From IMG/VR virus record IMGVR_UViG_3300045973_000302, positions 1 through 57,146 of that record: a DNA stretch of 57,146 nt. One strand, 5' to 3'. Shown piece by piece: positions 1-9,279 of this stretch (positions are counted from its first letter, which is position 1; each line of letters starts with the position of its first letter). The notes under the pieces were generated by a model that ran no database searches, was not told the origin of the DNA, and was given only the letters and a program-made list of their open reading frames with translations. The DNA is from a virus. A program made the translations under genes and the position numbers.

Positions 1-2
1 TT

Positions 3-1943
3 GAAGCTCCTTACCCTAACGAATGCTTCATTTTCCATGCATTGTCAAACTCAAAACAAAGTGCATTGGCTCGTTATAACTCAGTTTTCAAAGAGTTTAG
101 ACTTCTACCACAGGACATGAGAACCGTTGACATTGTTCCTAAAAACGCTGAACAATCCTTTGCATTGGATCTACTGAAAGATCCTGATGTTCATTTGGTA
201 AGTTTAACTGCCAAAGCTGGGTGTGGTAAAGCCCAACCATTGGATGCTTTGGTATTGACACCATCAGGATATGTAACGATGGGGAGTTTATCAATTGGTG
301 ATGATATAATATCAGCATCTGGGGAAATTGTGAAAGTTAATGGGATATTCCCTCAAGGTGTTAAAGAAATTTTTGAAATAGAATTTTCAGATAAGACAAC
401 CACTGAATGTTGTGATGAACATTTATGGGCTGTTAAAGGGGAAAAAGAAAGATTTAAATCATTACCCTCTGCAATTTTACCCTTATCTAAGATACGGGAG
501 AACGTAAAAAGAAAAGATGGTAGTGTATCAGGTAAAAGAATTTGGTCTATACCAATGGTTGATAATATTGAATTTTCTGAAAAGGATTATTTCATTGACC
601 CATATTTAATGGGGGTTATTTTAGGAGATGGTGGATTGTCAACCACTAGAGTATTCATTTCTTCTAAAGATATTGAATTGATAGATAAAATTTCTACTTT
701 ATTAGACCCTAAATACTTTTTAATCAAACAGTCTTCCTCAAAATATGATTATTCCATTTGTTTAAAGGAAAAATATATTCCAAATGGAATCCAATTAAAA
801 GGGGTATTGGGTAATCTATATATTGAGGAAATCAAAAATCTAAACCTATTGTATACAAAATCCAATACTAAGTTTATACCAGATTGTTACAAATATACCT
901 CTTTAAGCAATAGGATAAAAATTTTTCAAGGGTTGATGGATACTGATGGTACTGTATGTAAAAGAGGAATGAGTCTTTCATATACAACAGTATCTTTACA
1001 GTTGTCTGAAGATGTTAAATTTTTAGTGGAATCTTTCGGGGGTAAATGTGTAAAAGGGAGTAGAACTCCTTCATACACATACAAAGGAGAAAAGAAACAA
1101 GGGCAGTTAGCCTATACCCTACATATTTCATTGCCAGAAAATGTCACTCCGTTTACACTTGAAAGAAAGTTAAATCTATATGTTCCTAGATCAAAATATT
1201 TACCAATAAGATATATTGAAAATATCACTTCAGTAGGATTTAAAGAAGCTCAGTGCATTTCTATTGATCACCCTTCCCATTTATATGTTACTAATAATTT
1301 TATAGTAACACATAATACCTTTGTTGCACTGGCTGCAGGGTTGCATGGGGTTCTTGGGGAATCTCAACAATACTCTAAGATCCTTTTGTTGAAACCAATT
1401 GTCCCTATGGACAACAGCCATGAGCTAGGGTTTCTTCCTGGGAGTCTGGAAGAGAAGCTTGGGCCTTGGATGGCATCTTACGGTGACAACATTATGCAGA
1501 TCATGTCAGTTTATATGAAAGATGATGAAGAACCAAAAAGAAAAAAAGGTGGATCAAAGAAAGACAATTCAATTGACTTCAATGAGAAAGCCCAAGGCAA
1601 AACAAATCCACTTCAAGAATTGATTGCTCATGGATTGCTTGAATTTGGCTCTCTAGAACACGCTAGAGGGAGAAACTGGTCAGACACATACGTTATCATT
1701 GACGAGGCTCAAAACACCAGCAAGAACTCAATGAAGACGATTATGACACGTATTGGTAAAGGATCTAAGATCGTGGTCATGGGTGACACTAGCCAGATCG
1801 ATTCCCCTTACCTTGATAGTAAGAGCAACGGTTTAACGGTAGTCCAAAGTCTATTCAAAGATCAGGCTATCAGTGGGCATATAACATTAACAAAATCTGA
1901 GAGAAGCGAGTTGGCTGAAATTGCATCTGAACTACTAAACTAA
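3..1943 (+). CDS. phoH: PhoH-like P-loop ATPase interrupted by an in-frame intein; frame is open to the left edge, so the 5' end is probably truncated (the track's TTG start at 42 may not be real)
   Basis: Exteins join as LTAKAGCGK^TFVALAAG (Walker A) and contain VIIDEAQNTS and GDTSQID motifs typical of PhoH/PhoL. Confidence 0.88.
   Translation, partial: EAPYPNECFIFHALSNSKQSALARYNSVFKEFRLLPQDMRTVDIVPKNAEQSFALDLLKDPDVHLVSLTAKAGCGKAQPLDALVLTPSGYVTMGSLSIGDDIISASGEIVKVNGIFPQGVKEIFEIEFSDKTTTECCDEHLWAVKGEKERFKSLPSAILPLSKIRENVKRKDGSVSGKRIWSIPMVDNIEFSEKDYFIDPYLMGVILGDGGLSTTRVFISSKDIELIDKISTLLDPKYFLIKQSSSKYDYSICLKEKYIPNGIQLKGVLGNLYIEEIKNLNLLYTKSNTKFIPDCYKYTSLSNRIKIFQGLMDTDGTVCKRGMSLSYTTVSLQLSEDVKFLVESFGGKCVKGSRTPSYTYKGEKKQGQLAYTLHISLPENVTPFTLERKLNLYVPRSKYLPIRYIENITSVGFKEAQCISIDHPSHLYVTNNFIVTHNTFVALAAGLHGVLGESQQYSKILLLKPIVPMDNSHELGFLPGSLEEKLGPWMASYGDNIMQIMSVYMKDDEEPKRKKGGSKKDNSIDFNEKAQGKTNPLQELIAHGLLEFGSLEHARGRNWSDTYVIIDEAQNTSKNSMKTIMTRIGKGSKIVVMGDTSQIDSPYLDSKSNGLTVVQSLFKDQAISGHITLTKSERSELAEIASELLN
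231..1316 (+). mobile_element. Intein (362 aa) with LAGLIDADG-type endonuclease, inserted in Walker A; class 3-like
   Basis: Starts AQPLDALVLTPSGYVTMGSLSIGDDI, ends NNFIVTHN|T; dodecapeptides YLMGVILGDGGL and IFQGLMDTDGTV; block B DEHLW, block F QCISID, block G IVTHN. Confidence 0.9.
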
Positions 1944-1954
1944 AGGAGCAACTT

Positions 1955-2347
1955 ATGAACGGAAAAGTTTTCTTAGGCGGGACATGTAACGATTCAACAT
2001 GGCGAGAGCAATTGATTCCTTTGTTGGAGATTGATTACTTTAACCCTGTTGTTAAAGATTGGACACCAGAATGTCAAGAGGAAGAAATCAAACAACGTGA
2101 AGAATGTGATTATGTTCTTTACGTGATCACTCCCAAAATGACAGGGTTCTATTCAATCGCTGAAGTGGTTGATGATTCAAACAAACGTCCAGAGAAGACA
2201 ATCTTTTGTGTTCTTGGAATTGATGATGGTGAAGAATTTACTAAGCACCAAATCAAATCGCTCCAAGCAACTGCAAAACTGGTTGATCATAATGGTGGGT
2301 TCTGCACTGATAATCTTGAAACGGTTGCAGCTTTCCTAAACAATTAA
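1955..2347 (+). CDS. nucleoside 2-deoxyribosyltransferase-like protein
   Basis: MNGKVFLGGTCNDSTWREQLIPLLEIDYFNPVVKDWTPE pattern; AGGAG SD upstream. Confidence 0.65.
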   Translation: MNGKVFLGGTCNDSTWREQLIPLLEIDYFNPVVKDWTPECQEEEIKQREECDYVLYVITPKMTGFYSIAEVVDDSNKRPEKTIFCVLGIDDGEEFTKHQIKSLQATAKLVDHNGGFCTDNLETVAAFLNN

Positions 2348-2350
2348 AAA

Positions 2351-2379
2351 TTGACTTCAGATCTCCTTTGTGGTAAGTT
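2351..2379 (+). promoter_or_regulatory. sigma70-like promoter with spacer complementary to downstream SD
   Basis: TTGACT-N17-TAAGTT; ATCTCCTTTG (2361)/CAAAGGAGAT (2395) then T-run. Confidence 0.7.
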
Positions 2380-2409
2380 GAATAAAGCTTATCGCAAAGG
2401 AGATTTTTT

Positions 2410-2736
2410 ATGTGCGGGGAATTTTGCAATCTATCAGTTAGAACCACTGGGATAGAGAATGTTTTTATTCAAATATATTCTATCTTTGGTAATACCCATA
2501 CCCCAAGAATCAAAGTTAGTAATGTATATGGAAAGTTTGATTCAACTGACCATTTTTACATTGGATTGAGGAAATATAAAGTTATAATTGGCTGGCCTAA
2601 AATATCACAAGAAGAACTAAATTTAGTTCGAAAATGGGCAAAGATCAACAGGGCAGCATTGTTACGTTATTGGAAAGATGGGCATGAAATACCCACATCT
2701 GAATTTCTGGATACCCTTAAACCGATCAACTCATAA
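2410..2736 (+). CDS. hypothetical protein, DUF4160-like C-terminus
   Basis: HTPRIKV...IGWPKISQEELNLVRKWAKINRAALLRYWKDG; SD AAAGGAGAT. Confidence 0.5.
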   Translation: MCGEFCNLSVRTTGIENVFIQIYSIFGNTHTPRIKVSNVYGKFDSTDHFYIGLRKYKVIIGWPKISQEELNLVRKWAKINRAALLRYWKDGHEIPTSEFLDTLKPINS

Positions 2737-2747
2737 AGGAGATTGTC

Positions 2748-3050
2748 ATGGACGTTTTAGAAGAATCCAAAAAAGAAGCAGCAAAGATCAAAACCTTTCC
2801 TAAAACTATTGATCAGCATATACTTTGGTCGAAAGGCATTTTCAGTAGGGCATTGGAAGACAACAAGATTGAGGGTTGTTATTGTGGGAAGATGGAGTTT
2901 GGCTTTTCTGAGCGCATGGTCAACTACCTGATGCAAATGGCTTATGACAAGGCAATCAAGGATAACCAAGAACAATACCGTAGGGGCTACAATGATGCCC
3001 TTGAAAATGTGAGAGAATCTATTCAAGAATTGGGAGAGGGAAATAGATAA
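2748..3050 (+). CDS. hypothetical protein
   Basis: ORF tiled with its neighbours, SD AAAGGAG. Confidence 0.6.
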   Translation: MDVLEESKKEAAKIKTFPKTIDQHILWSKGIFSRALEDNKIEGCYCGKMEFGFSERMVNYLMQMAYDKAIKDNQEQYRRGYNDALENVRESIQELGEGNR

Positions 3051-3439
3051 TGGACTTCAACAAATATGTACCAACAACTAAAATAGTTTCAGCAACTTAT
3101 AGGATCTATGTCTATAAGAATGGTGCAGTTGCCCATCAATTTGAATCTGATGAAGAATTCAAACAATGGAAAACTGATAACAATATCAGGATCATAGGGG
3201 CAGTCCCAAATGAAAGGGTTTGCACCAATGAAGAAGAGGTTAAAGCCTCTAGGATTAAGTATAATACTGAAGAGAATCTTCTACACCAAGAGTTTAAGAA
3301 TGATCTCTTCGAAGAGTTTGGGGTGACTGATAACCCTAAGAAGGAATTGCTTTTTGATAAAGCTTGGGACGATGGGCATTATGCTGGGTATTCCGAAGTG
3401 TATAATTGCTTTGAGGGGCTAGTGGATTTGATTAGATGA
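3050..3439 (+). CDS. hypothetical protein
   Basis: overlapping start/stop with neighbours. Confidence 0.6.
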   Translation: MDFNKYVPTTKIVSATYRIYVYKNGAVAHQFESDEEFKQWKTDNNIRIIGAVPNERVCTNEEEVKASRIKYNTEENLLHQEFKNDLFEEFGVTDNPKKELLFDKAWDDGHYAGYSEVYNCFEGLVDLIR

Positions 3440-4047
3440 AAATAATCCTAGACCTTGACTCAACCCTTTGTCAATTCGCAGAAGCTTGGCTTCAATGGTT
3501 GTTCGATACAGGAAGAACTGAAACCTTGTTGAATACCAATGATGTTCTTACATATTATCACTATACAGAGATCAGTAAGGATGCTAAGAAGTTCTTTAGG
3601 GACAATCCACTGCATTTATATGAGCATATGAAGCCGTACCCAGGTGCGGCTGAGTTTATCAACTTCTGTAAGGAAAACTATCAATCGGTATCTATCCTGA
3701 CTCACTCAGACGATCCCAGAACAACCAAGGCTAAGATCTTGTTTTGCAATGAACATTTTGATATGTATCATATCAATTTTGTTGATAAAGTACATGATAA
3801 GTACAAACATACAAGTGGGGCTGTTCTGGTAGATGATTACCCTTTCACGATCATTAATCACATTGCCAAAAATGAAACTTATGGTATCATCTTTGATTGG
3901 CAAAGAAGTTTTGGTTGGAGTAAGATATCGTCTTACAAGGATCTAATCAAAGAGGTTAACCCTGATTTAAGTTTCATTCATGCTGCTTGGGACTATGAAG
4001 ATGTTAAACAACATCTTGAATTTATTAAACGAATGAGGGACAAATGA
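3436..4047 (+). CDS. HAD-like 5'(3')-deoxyribonucleotidase
   Basis: MKIILDLDSTL, ILTHSD, AVLVDDYPFTI HAD motifs. Confidence 0.7.
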   Translation: MKIILDLDSTLCQFAEAWLQWLFDTGRTETLLNTNDVLTYYHYTEISKDAKKFFRDNPLHLYEHMKPYPGAAEFINFCKENYQSVSILTHSDDPRTTKAKILFCNEHFDMYHINFVDKVHDKYKHTSGAVLVDDYPFTIINHIAKNETYGIIFDWQRSFGWSKISSYKDLIKEVNPDLSFIHAAWDYEDVKQHLEFIKRMRDK

Positions 4048-4805
4048 AAACATTGATTGCCTATTGTGGTAAGTTGGGTGCAGGTAAGAACTACCAAATG
4101 ATGAAACATATCGATGTATTGAAAGACAAGGGAAACCAGATCTACCTGATTGCCTTTGCCGATTGTTTCAAGAAGTTCATTGAAGATACTTTCGGGTTAA
4201 CAAAAGCTGGTAGGATCAATGATGGTACAATATCAAAAGAGTGGGGTAGTATAACAAAGGATTCCACCCGATATGAAGTAGTTTTGTTTACTTTTAACCT
4301 CATTCAAACTTTGAAATACAAACAATTTACTACATACTCAACTGAAGATTTGTTGGAGTTAATTGAAGACAACTACATCAAACATGAAGAAGAGTTTTTC
4401 AAGTATATCCAAGGGGCTAGAGAGTTTGATGGTAAAGAGTATGACTTCTGTTTTAGGAAGATCTTACAACTTCTAGGGACGGAATTAGGAAGACACATCG
4501 TTGACTCAATCTGGGTTGATGTTGTCTTTTACAATGTTTCCCAAGTCTTCAAACAAAACTTGGCAGACTACGCCTTTATCCCTGATTGTAGGTTCCTAAA
4601 CGAATATGCCGCTATAAACGAATATAAGGCTGTCTCAGGCTATGATTGCCAAATCTATGGTGTAGTGGCATCCGATGCAACAAGATGCCTCAGAAGAGGT
4701 CTGGAGCTGGATAAACTACTAGAACAAGATGCTCATGGTAGTGAAAAGGAAGTTGATGCAATTATTTCCTTTCTTCCCCCAGGAATGGTCATTCAAAACG
4801 ACTAA
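4044..4805 (+). CDS. deoxynucleoside monophosphate kinase-like (T4 gp1-like)
   Basis: N-terminal GKLGAGKNYQM P-loop, IPDCRFLNEY motif. Confidence 0.6.
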   Translation: MKTLIAYCGKLGAGKNYQMMKHIDVLKDKGNQIYLIAFADCFKKFIEDTFGLTKAGRINDGTISKEWGSITKDSTRYEVVLFTFNLIQTLKYKQFTTYSTEDLLELIEDNYIKHEEEFFKYIQGAREFDGKEYDFCFRKILQLLGTELGRHIVDSIWVDVVFYNVSQVFKQNLADYAFIPDCRFLNEYAAINEYKAVSGYDCQIYGVVASDATRCLRRGLELDKLLEQDAHGSEKEVDAIISFLPPGMVIQND

Positions 4806-4810
4806 TTAAA

Positions 4811-4839
4811 TTGACGAGAATGATCTTCTTTGGTACTAT
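4811..4839 (+). promoter_or_regulatory. sigma70-like promoter
   Basis: TTGACG-N17-TACTAT; GATCTTCTTTG/CAAAGGAGATC. Confidence 0.65.
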
Positions 4840-4871
4840 GAATTATACAGTTCATAACAAAGGAGATCGAC

Positions 4872-5438
4872 ATGCTTTCATTCAAATTCCTAAATCGTTT
4901 TGCTAAAAGTCAAGAGCGTCAAGACTTCTGGGCTGAAGCGAGGGTTATAGTTGGTGAAGAAGGACTCCAAGGGGAAGATATCACTGTTGAAGTTTCTCGT
5001 CAATGCAAGCGAGTTGCTGGGAACATCAATCGTAATCAGAAAACTGGGAAAGTCATAATCAAAGTATCCTACGACTACTACAAAGAGTTTGGGATTCAAC
5101 GCAGCATAGCAACTCTTCGCCATGAAATGGCTCACCTGATAGCTTTCAACAAGCTAGGGTACATGGATCATGGCAAACTCTTCAAAGACATTTGCACCAG
5201 ACTTGGTGGAACTATGAGTGCAGCACGTGCAGGGGTTGCCCATGCATCTGCAGCTTCCGAAGAATACATCCGTAGACCTTTAGGTGCCTACCAATATCGT
5301 TATACATGTATTGGAGAAGGATGTACTAACTCTTTCGAAAGAGCTAGAAAGATATCCGATAAAACCAAACGATATGTTTGTAACCATTGTTCTACCAAAG
5401 TTGGATTTTGGACTGAAGAAAAGGTGAGGGTCAATTGA
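4872..5438 (+). CDS. SprT-like zinc metallopeptidase with zinc ribbon
   Basis: RHEMAHLIAF (HExxH) ... DHGKLFKDICTRLG ... CIGEGC...CNHCSTK. Confidence 0.8.
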   Translation: MLSFKFLNRFAKSQERQDFWAEARVIVGEEGLQGEDITVEVSRQCKRVAGNINRNQKTGKVIIKVSYDYYKEFGIQRSIATLRHEMAHLIAFNKLGYMDHGKLFKDICTRLGGTMSAARAGVAHASAASEEYIRRPLGAYQYRYTCIGEGCTNSFERARKISDKTKRYVCNHCSTKVGFWTEEKVRVN

Positions 5439-5920
5439 AACAATTCCTAATCTCTGATAACCATTTCAAACATGCTAGTATAATCAAATACTGTACAAGA
5501 CCATTTGCCCTTGTACAGGAAATGAATAAGTATATGATTGACCAACATAATTCAGTGGTCAGTCCAGAGGATACTACTTATTTCCTAGGGGATTTCTGTT
5601 TCACCAGTGGCTGGCGTGATGTAGAAAACATCTTGAAGAAGATGAATGGTCAGAAGATCCTCATTCTAGGCAACCATGATCGATTGAACGTGTTTGATTA
5701 TGTGGAAGCAGGGTTCACTTCAGTTCATACAAGCTTGATGCTGGAAGACTTTCTGCTGATCCATGACCCTGCAGTTGCTGGGGTGTTGAGAGATATAAAG
5801 GTGATCCACGGGCATATCCACGGGTTAAGATTGAGAGTTGGTAGAAACACATGGAATGTGTCTGTTGAAATGCAAGATTATACTCCAATCGATTTTGAGT
5901 ATATCAAGGAGAATTGGTAG
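5435..5920 (+). CDS. calcineurin-like metallophosphoesterase
   Basis: ISDNHFKH, LGDFCF, ILGNHD, IHGHIHG motifs. Confidence 0.85.
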   Translation: MKQFLISDNHFKHASIIKYCTRPFALVQEMNKYMIDQHNSVVSPEDTTYFLGDFCFTSGWRDVENILKKMNGQKILILGNHDRLNVFDYVEAGFTSVHTSLMLEDFLLIHDPAVAGVLRDIKVIHGHIHGLRLRVGRNTWNVSVEMQDYTPIDFEYIKENW

Positions 5921-6130
5921 ATGCCACAATATATGACCCCTGAGAATGCTGGTGAATTTCTTTGCCAAGGTAAGTATACAACTTGCCAAGGCCCAAAATG
6001 TTCATTGTGGAACTGGGGGCCAAGTGGGTATATCACATATGAAACCAAACCTTGGCCGCTCCCATCGTACCCAGTTTGGAAACCTATAACCCCTACCAAA
6101 GGAACATGCGGGTTGAATCATGGAGAATGA
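5921..6130 (+). CDS. hypothetical protein
   Basis: tiled ORF. Confidence 0.5.
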   Translation: MPQYMTPENAGEFLCQGKYTTCQGPKCSLWNWGPSGYITYETKPWPLPSYPVWKPITPTKGTCGLNHGE

Positions 6131-6464
6131 AATAGAAGAGATAGAAGTATACTGCAAGAACTGTAACTCATGTGGGGAGTTAGGGTGTTGTGAACCTGAC
6201 AAGTGTAAGTCAGTTCAACTGAACCTAGTGATCAAGGACGTTCTAAAGGACATGTCACTTGAGACTGAGGAATTTTGTGTTGAGTATTTCATTGACCAGA
6301 TCCAAGTCAGGTTCAAGGATGGACTATACTGCGACTCTAACCTTCAATCGTACAAGGAGCTAGGGGATCTAGCCGATAAATATCACCAAGCATTAGTGGA
6401 TATAACCAAAGCTGAGTCTCCCTTTGATATGTTCGTCATAGCACAGACAGCCCTTGAGGATTAA
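6120..6464 (+). CDS. hypothetical protein with N-terminal Cys cluster
   Basis: CKNCNSCGELGCCEPDKC. Confidence 0.5.
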   Translation: MENEIEEIEVYCKNCNSCGELGCCEPDKCKSVQLNLVIKDVLKDMSLETEEFCVEYFIDQIQVRFKDGLYCDSNLQSYKELGDLADKYHQALVDITKAESPFDMFVIAQTALED

Positions 6465-6466
6465 CT

Positions 6467-6745
6467 ATGAGTGGGTTCTGTTCAGCACATAAGACGTTTA
6501 AAGAAGGGTGTATCCAGTGTGCAGCTACCCCATCAACAAGTGGGGAAACCATCATAACAGATAATGAAATTATGGATATACACCCTATGATGCCTTTAGA
6601 TCAGGGCATTATGGGCATCCTTCAACAACGTGGGTTCCCTATATTTGGGTATGTTCATTATACAATGGATACTGAAAACTATATATATGAACGAATGAGT
6701 GATCCTATTACTGGGAATAATCACTATAAATGGAGAAGAAAATGA
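6467..6745 (+). CDS. hypothetical protein
   Basis: tiled ORF. Confidence 0.5.
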   Translation: MSGFCSAHKTFKEGCIQCAATPSTSGETIITDNEIMDIHPMMPLDQGIMGILQQRGFPIFGYVHYTMDTENYIYERMSDPITGNNHYKWRRK

Positions 6746-6933
6746 GTAATGAGTCTAGTGCATCTTGGATTGGTGGGTTCTTTGGTGTTATAGTAGGGTT
6801 AATGATTGCAGCGGTATTGATACACTTACCGATTTCCGTATGGGTAAATCAAGGGAAATTATTAAGAAAAGAAACTATTTCGATGCCTGGGTGTTATGCT
6901 CAATATAGTGCTGTTCGAAGGTTTCCAAAATGA
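6730..6933 (+). CDS. small membrane protein
   Basis: WIGGFFGVIVGLMIAAVLIHLPISVWV hydrophobic helix. Confidence 0.5.
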   Translation: MEKKMSNESSASWIGGFFGVIVGLMIAAVLIHLPISVWVNQGKLLRKETISMPGCYAQYSAVRRFPK

Positions 6934-7100
6934 TCCCAAAAAGACGAGCAACCGACACAATGAAATGCCCTAAGTGTTCGTCAAAGAAGAACATGGGAAC
7001 AACCAGATGTTTGGTTGACGGTGTTTTGAAACCAAGCTTTCTTTGCACAACATGTGGGTGCAATGTAATAAAGGAGAATGCAAATGTGGGGAGCAATTAG
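6930..7100 (+). CDS. small zinc-ribbon protein (56 aa) absent from the supplied ORF track
   Basis: MIPKRRATDTMKCPKCSSKKNMGTTRCLVDGVLKPSFLCTTCGCNVIKENANVGSN; ATGA overlap with upstream stop. Confidence 0.6.
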   Translation: MIPKRRATDTMKCPKCSSKKNMGTTRCLVDGVLKPSFLCTTCGCNVIKENANVGSN

Positions 7101-7710
7101 ACAATACTTCAGATCCTGTTGGTTTGAGGTTTGCCATGTCATTGACGATTTGATTGATTGGGATTTCTCAGAGTTTGGGTTCAAACATTCATGTTGGCAG
7201 CTCTGGCGTGACTTCATTCACCCTATACGCTGCATCAAGTATGGGATTGAAAATCTTGTTGCATGGTTCCCTATGATCTGGACTGACAGGGATTGGGATC
7301 ACAACTATGCTAGTCATATGCTTGTGTTCAAACTCAAACGGATGGTCAAACTCTTTAAAAAGTATGGGCATCATACTGAAGTTGATCGTGATGTGAAGCG
7401 GATTCAATTCGTCATTGATTGTTTTGAACGTATTCACAAAGATGAATATAGAGAAAAGATGAAAGCTGAACATAAAGAAAAGTATGGAACTTTGGAGCAC
7501 AATTCAATCCCTCATGCAACTGATTCTAACGGAAAGATCTTGACTTATAGAATGGATTTCTATTACAGTAAGTGTGAGACTACTGAGGATTATGAAACTG
7601 CAAGCGAGTTGTATCATAAGATTCATACCCTTGAAGAGGCTGATACCAACAGGGACTATCGATTGGCTTTCAAAGTGATGGAAAAATACTGGAGAACATG
7701 GTGGGATTAA
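7078..7710 (+). CDS. hypothetical protein
   Basis: long ORF tiled with neighbours. Confidence 0.6.
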   Translation: MQMWGAIRQYFRSCWFEVCHVIDDLIDWDFSEFGFKHSCWQLWRDFIHPIRCIKYGIENLVAWFPMIWTDRDWDHNYASHMLVFKLKRMVKLFKKYGHHTEVDRDVKRIQFVIDCFERIHKDEYREKMKAEHKEKYGTLEHNSIPHATDSNGKILTYRMDFYYSKCETTEDYETASELYHKIHTLEEADTNRDYRLAFKVMEKYWRTWWD

Positions 7711-7711
7711 T

Positions 7712-8026
7712 ATGAAATATCTAATATGGTCTGTCAAATGGAAATGTTGGTATCGTGACGAAAGCAAAGGGTATACAACTAACCCAGAAGTTGCTGGTCG
7801 GTTTGGTGAAGAAGAGGCTATACAAACATGTAAAAACACACATGGGGAATGTAAGTATTACCCAGAAGAAAGCCCATTCATTGAAGATGGCACAATTGCT
7901 TACCTATCATCAAAGAAAAGAGAACTTTGGACTGCTATGCAGACAATGACTCCAGCCCAGGCTGAAAAGATTGTGACTGAGCTGGTACAGGATCGAAAGA
8001 ATTTGATGGACAAAAGAGGAATTTAA
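7712..8026 (+). CDS. hypothetical protein
   Basis: tiled ORF. Confidence 0.5.
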   Translation: MKYLIWSVKWKCWYRDESKGYTTNPEVAGRFGEEEAIQTCKNTHGECKYYPEESPFIEDGTIAYLSSKKRELWTAMQTMTPAQAEKIVTELVQDRKNLMDKRGI

Positions 8027-8027
8027 A

Positions 8028-8057
8028 TTGACAGAAAACTCCCCAAAGTGGTAAGAT
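8028..8057 (+). promoter_or_regulatory. sigma70-like promoter
   Basis: TTTAAATTGACA-N18-TAAGAT. Confidence 0.6.
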
Positions 8058-8258
8058 AAATTATACTTACAACAAAGGAGATTTGATCATGTGCTTTCTA
8101 ACGATTCTAACCATTATTTTCATTGCATTGAAAGTAACAGGGCAAATAGATTGGAACTGGTTTCTGGTTCTTGCCCCATGTATTGTTGAGGTAATTGGGT
8201 ATATTGTAGTTGGTGGATTCTTTGGTTGGATCTTCAAAAAAATTATGGAGAGTGAGTA

Positions 8259-8483
8259 ATGGAACCAAAGTACGATCTGTTCGTTATCCTTGAGGGTGTA
8301 TCACACCAAATCAAATACAATGATCCTGATGGATTTGCAACCAAAGAAGAAGCTATAGATTTTGTTAACACTATGCGAAAGACCACGTATGTTGATGGTA
8401 TCCATACCACTGAGGGTATATTGTCATACAATGTGCCTAATATCAAAAGCGTATACTACTTCGCCAAACTAAGAAAGGAATAA
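8259..8483 (+). CDS. hypothetical protein
   Basis: tiled ORF. Confidence 0.5.
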   Translation: MEPKYDLFVILEGVSHQIKYNDPDGFATKEEAIDFVNTMRKTTYVDGIHTTEGILSYNVPNIKSVYYFAKLRKE

Positions 8484-8486
8484 ACC

Positions 8487-8816
8487 ATGTACCATAACGT
8501 AAGAGATAGTCTGGGGCGTTTCACAAAAGGATCTGGAGTAACAGTAACTGCAGTTAGTTCGTCACCAGCTGCTCAAACAGCCAAAGATGAACTGATCACC
8601 AAGTTGAAGAATGGAGTCTACCTGACCGTCCATGAGAAGCAAGGAGTCAGGGTACAGAACTTCCTCACATTGCTGCCAAGTTACATTGGTGCATATGTTG
8701 GAAAAGGAACTTCACGAAAGACCAACCCTTCAACTGTATTTGCTTACGATGTTATGGATGAATGCTTCAAAGCTGTCAATATAAATACAATTGAAGTGTT
8801 TGAAGAAAAAGATTGA
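8487..8816 (+). CDS. hypothetical protein
   Basis: tiled ORF. Confidence 0.5.
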   Translation: MYHNVRDSLGRFTKGSGVTVTAVSSSPAAQTAKDELITKLKNGVYLTVHEKQGVRVQNFLTLLPSYIGAYVGKGTSRKTNPSTVFAYDVMDECFKAVNINTIEVFEEKD

Positions 8817-8824
8817 ATTAAAAA

Positions 8825-8853
8825 TTGACAAGTGGATAGAAGTTTGATAGAGT
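8825..8853 (+). promoter_or_regulatory. sigma70-like promoter for the leader/tRNA cluster
   Basis: TTGACA-N17-TAGAGT. Confidence 0.65.
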
Positions 8854-8857
8854 GAAA

Positions 8858-9203
8858 TTACATTGTCAGTTGAGAAGATTGGGTAATTGGTTTCCACAAA
8901 CTCACGGAGCCAGCAATGTAAAGCGTAGTAAGGTATCGTCACCTTGGGTAGCCCCTAAAAGACTCAGCTCTTTACAATTACATACTTAAAGTTTGATTGA
9001 AGTGTAAAATCGTCTATCACGGTATCAATGATTAAAGTATAAGGGTTGCCCTCTTAAGTGAGACACACCAACTCTTCAACTCATTTACATATGAGTAACT
9101 TGATCACTACCTCAATGAAAGATTAAATGAAATTGCCCTCTTATTGAGACACCCCAATTTCCGTTTACACTTCAATGAAACTTTAAGTATAAATACTATT
9201 AAA
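8858..9203 (+). ncRNA. structured non-coding leader upstream of the tRNA cluster
   Basis: No ORF; TTACATTG(8858)/CAATGTAA(8914); 24-nt inverted repeat 8985-9008 vs 9164-9187 with one mismatch; direct repeats TTGCCCTCTTA..GAGACAC at about 9046 and 9133. Confidence 0.5.
9188..9200 (+). promoter_or_regulatory. T4-late-promoter-like motif upstream of first tRNA
   Basis: TATAAATACTATT. Confidence 0.55.
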
Positions 9204-9204
9204 T

Positions 9205-9279
9205 GCGGTACTAGTATAATGGTTATTATTAGACCCTTCCAAGGTCAGGATATCGGTTCGATCCCGATGTACCGCTCCA
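9205..9279 (+). tRNA. tRNA-Gly(UCC)
   Basis: GCGGTAC/GTACCGC acceptor, loop CTTCCAA, CCA encoded. Confidence 0.9.

Noticed and set aside
2361-2410. Plain Rho-independent terminator annotation
   Set aside because: The hairpin 3' arm is the SD of the next gene and the 5' arm is in the promoter spacer, so it was reported as a composite regulatory element instead.
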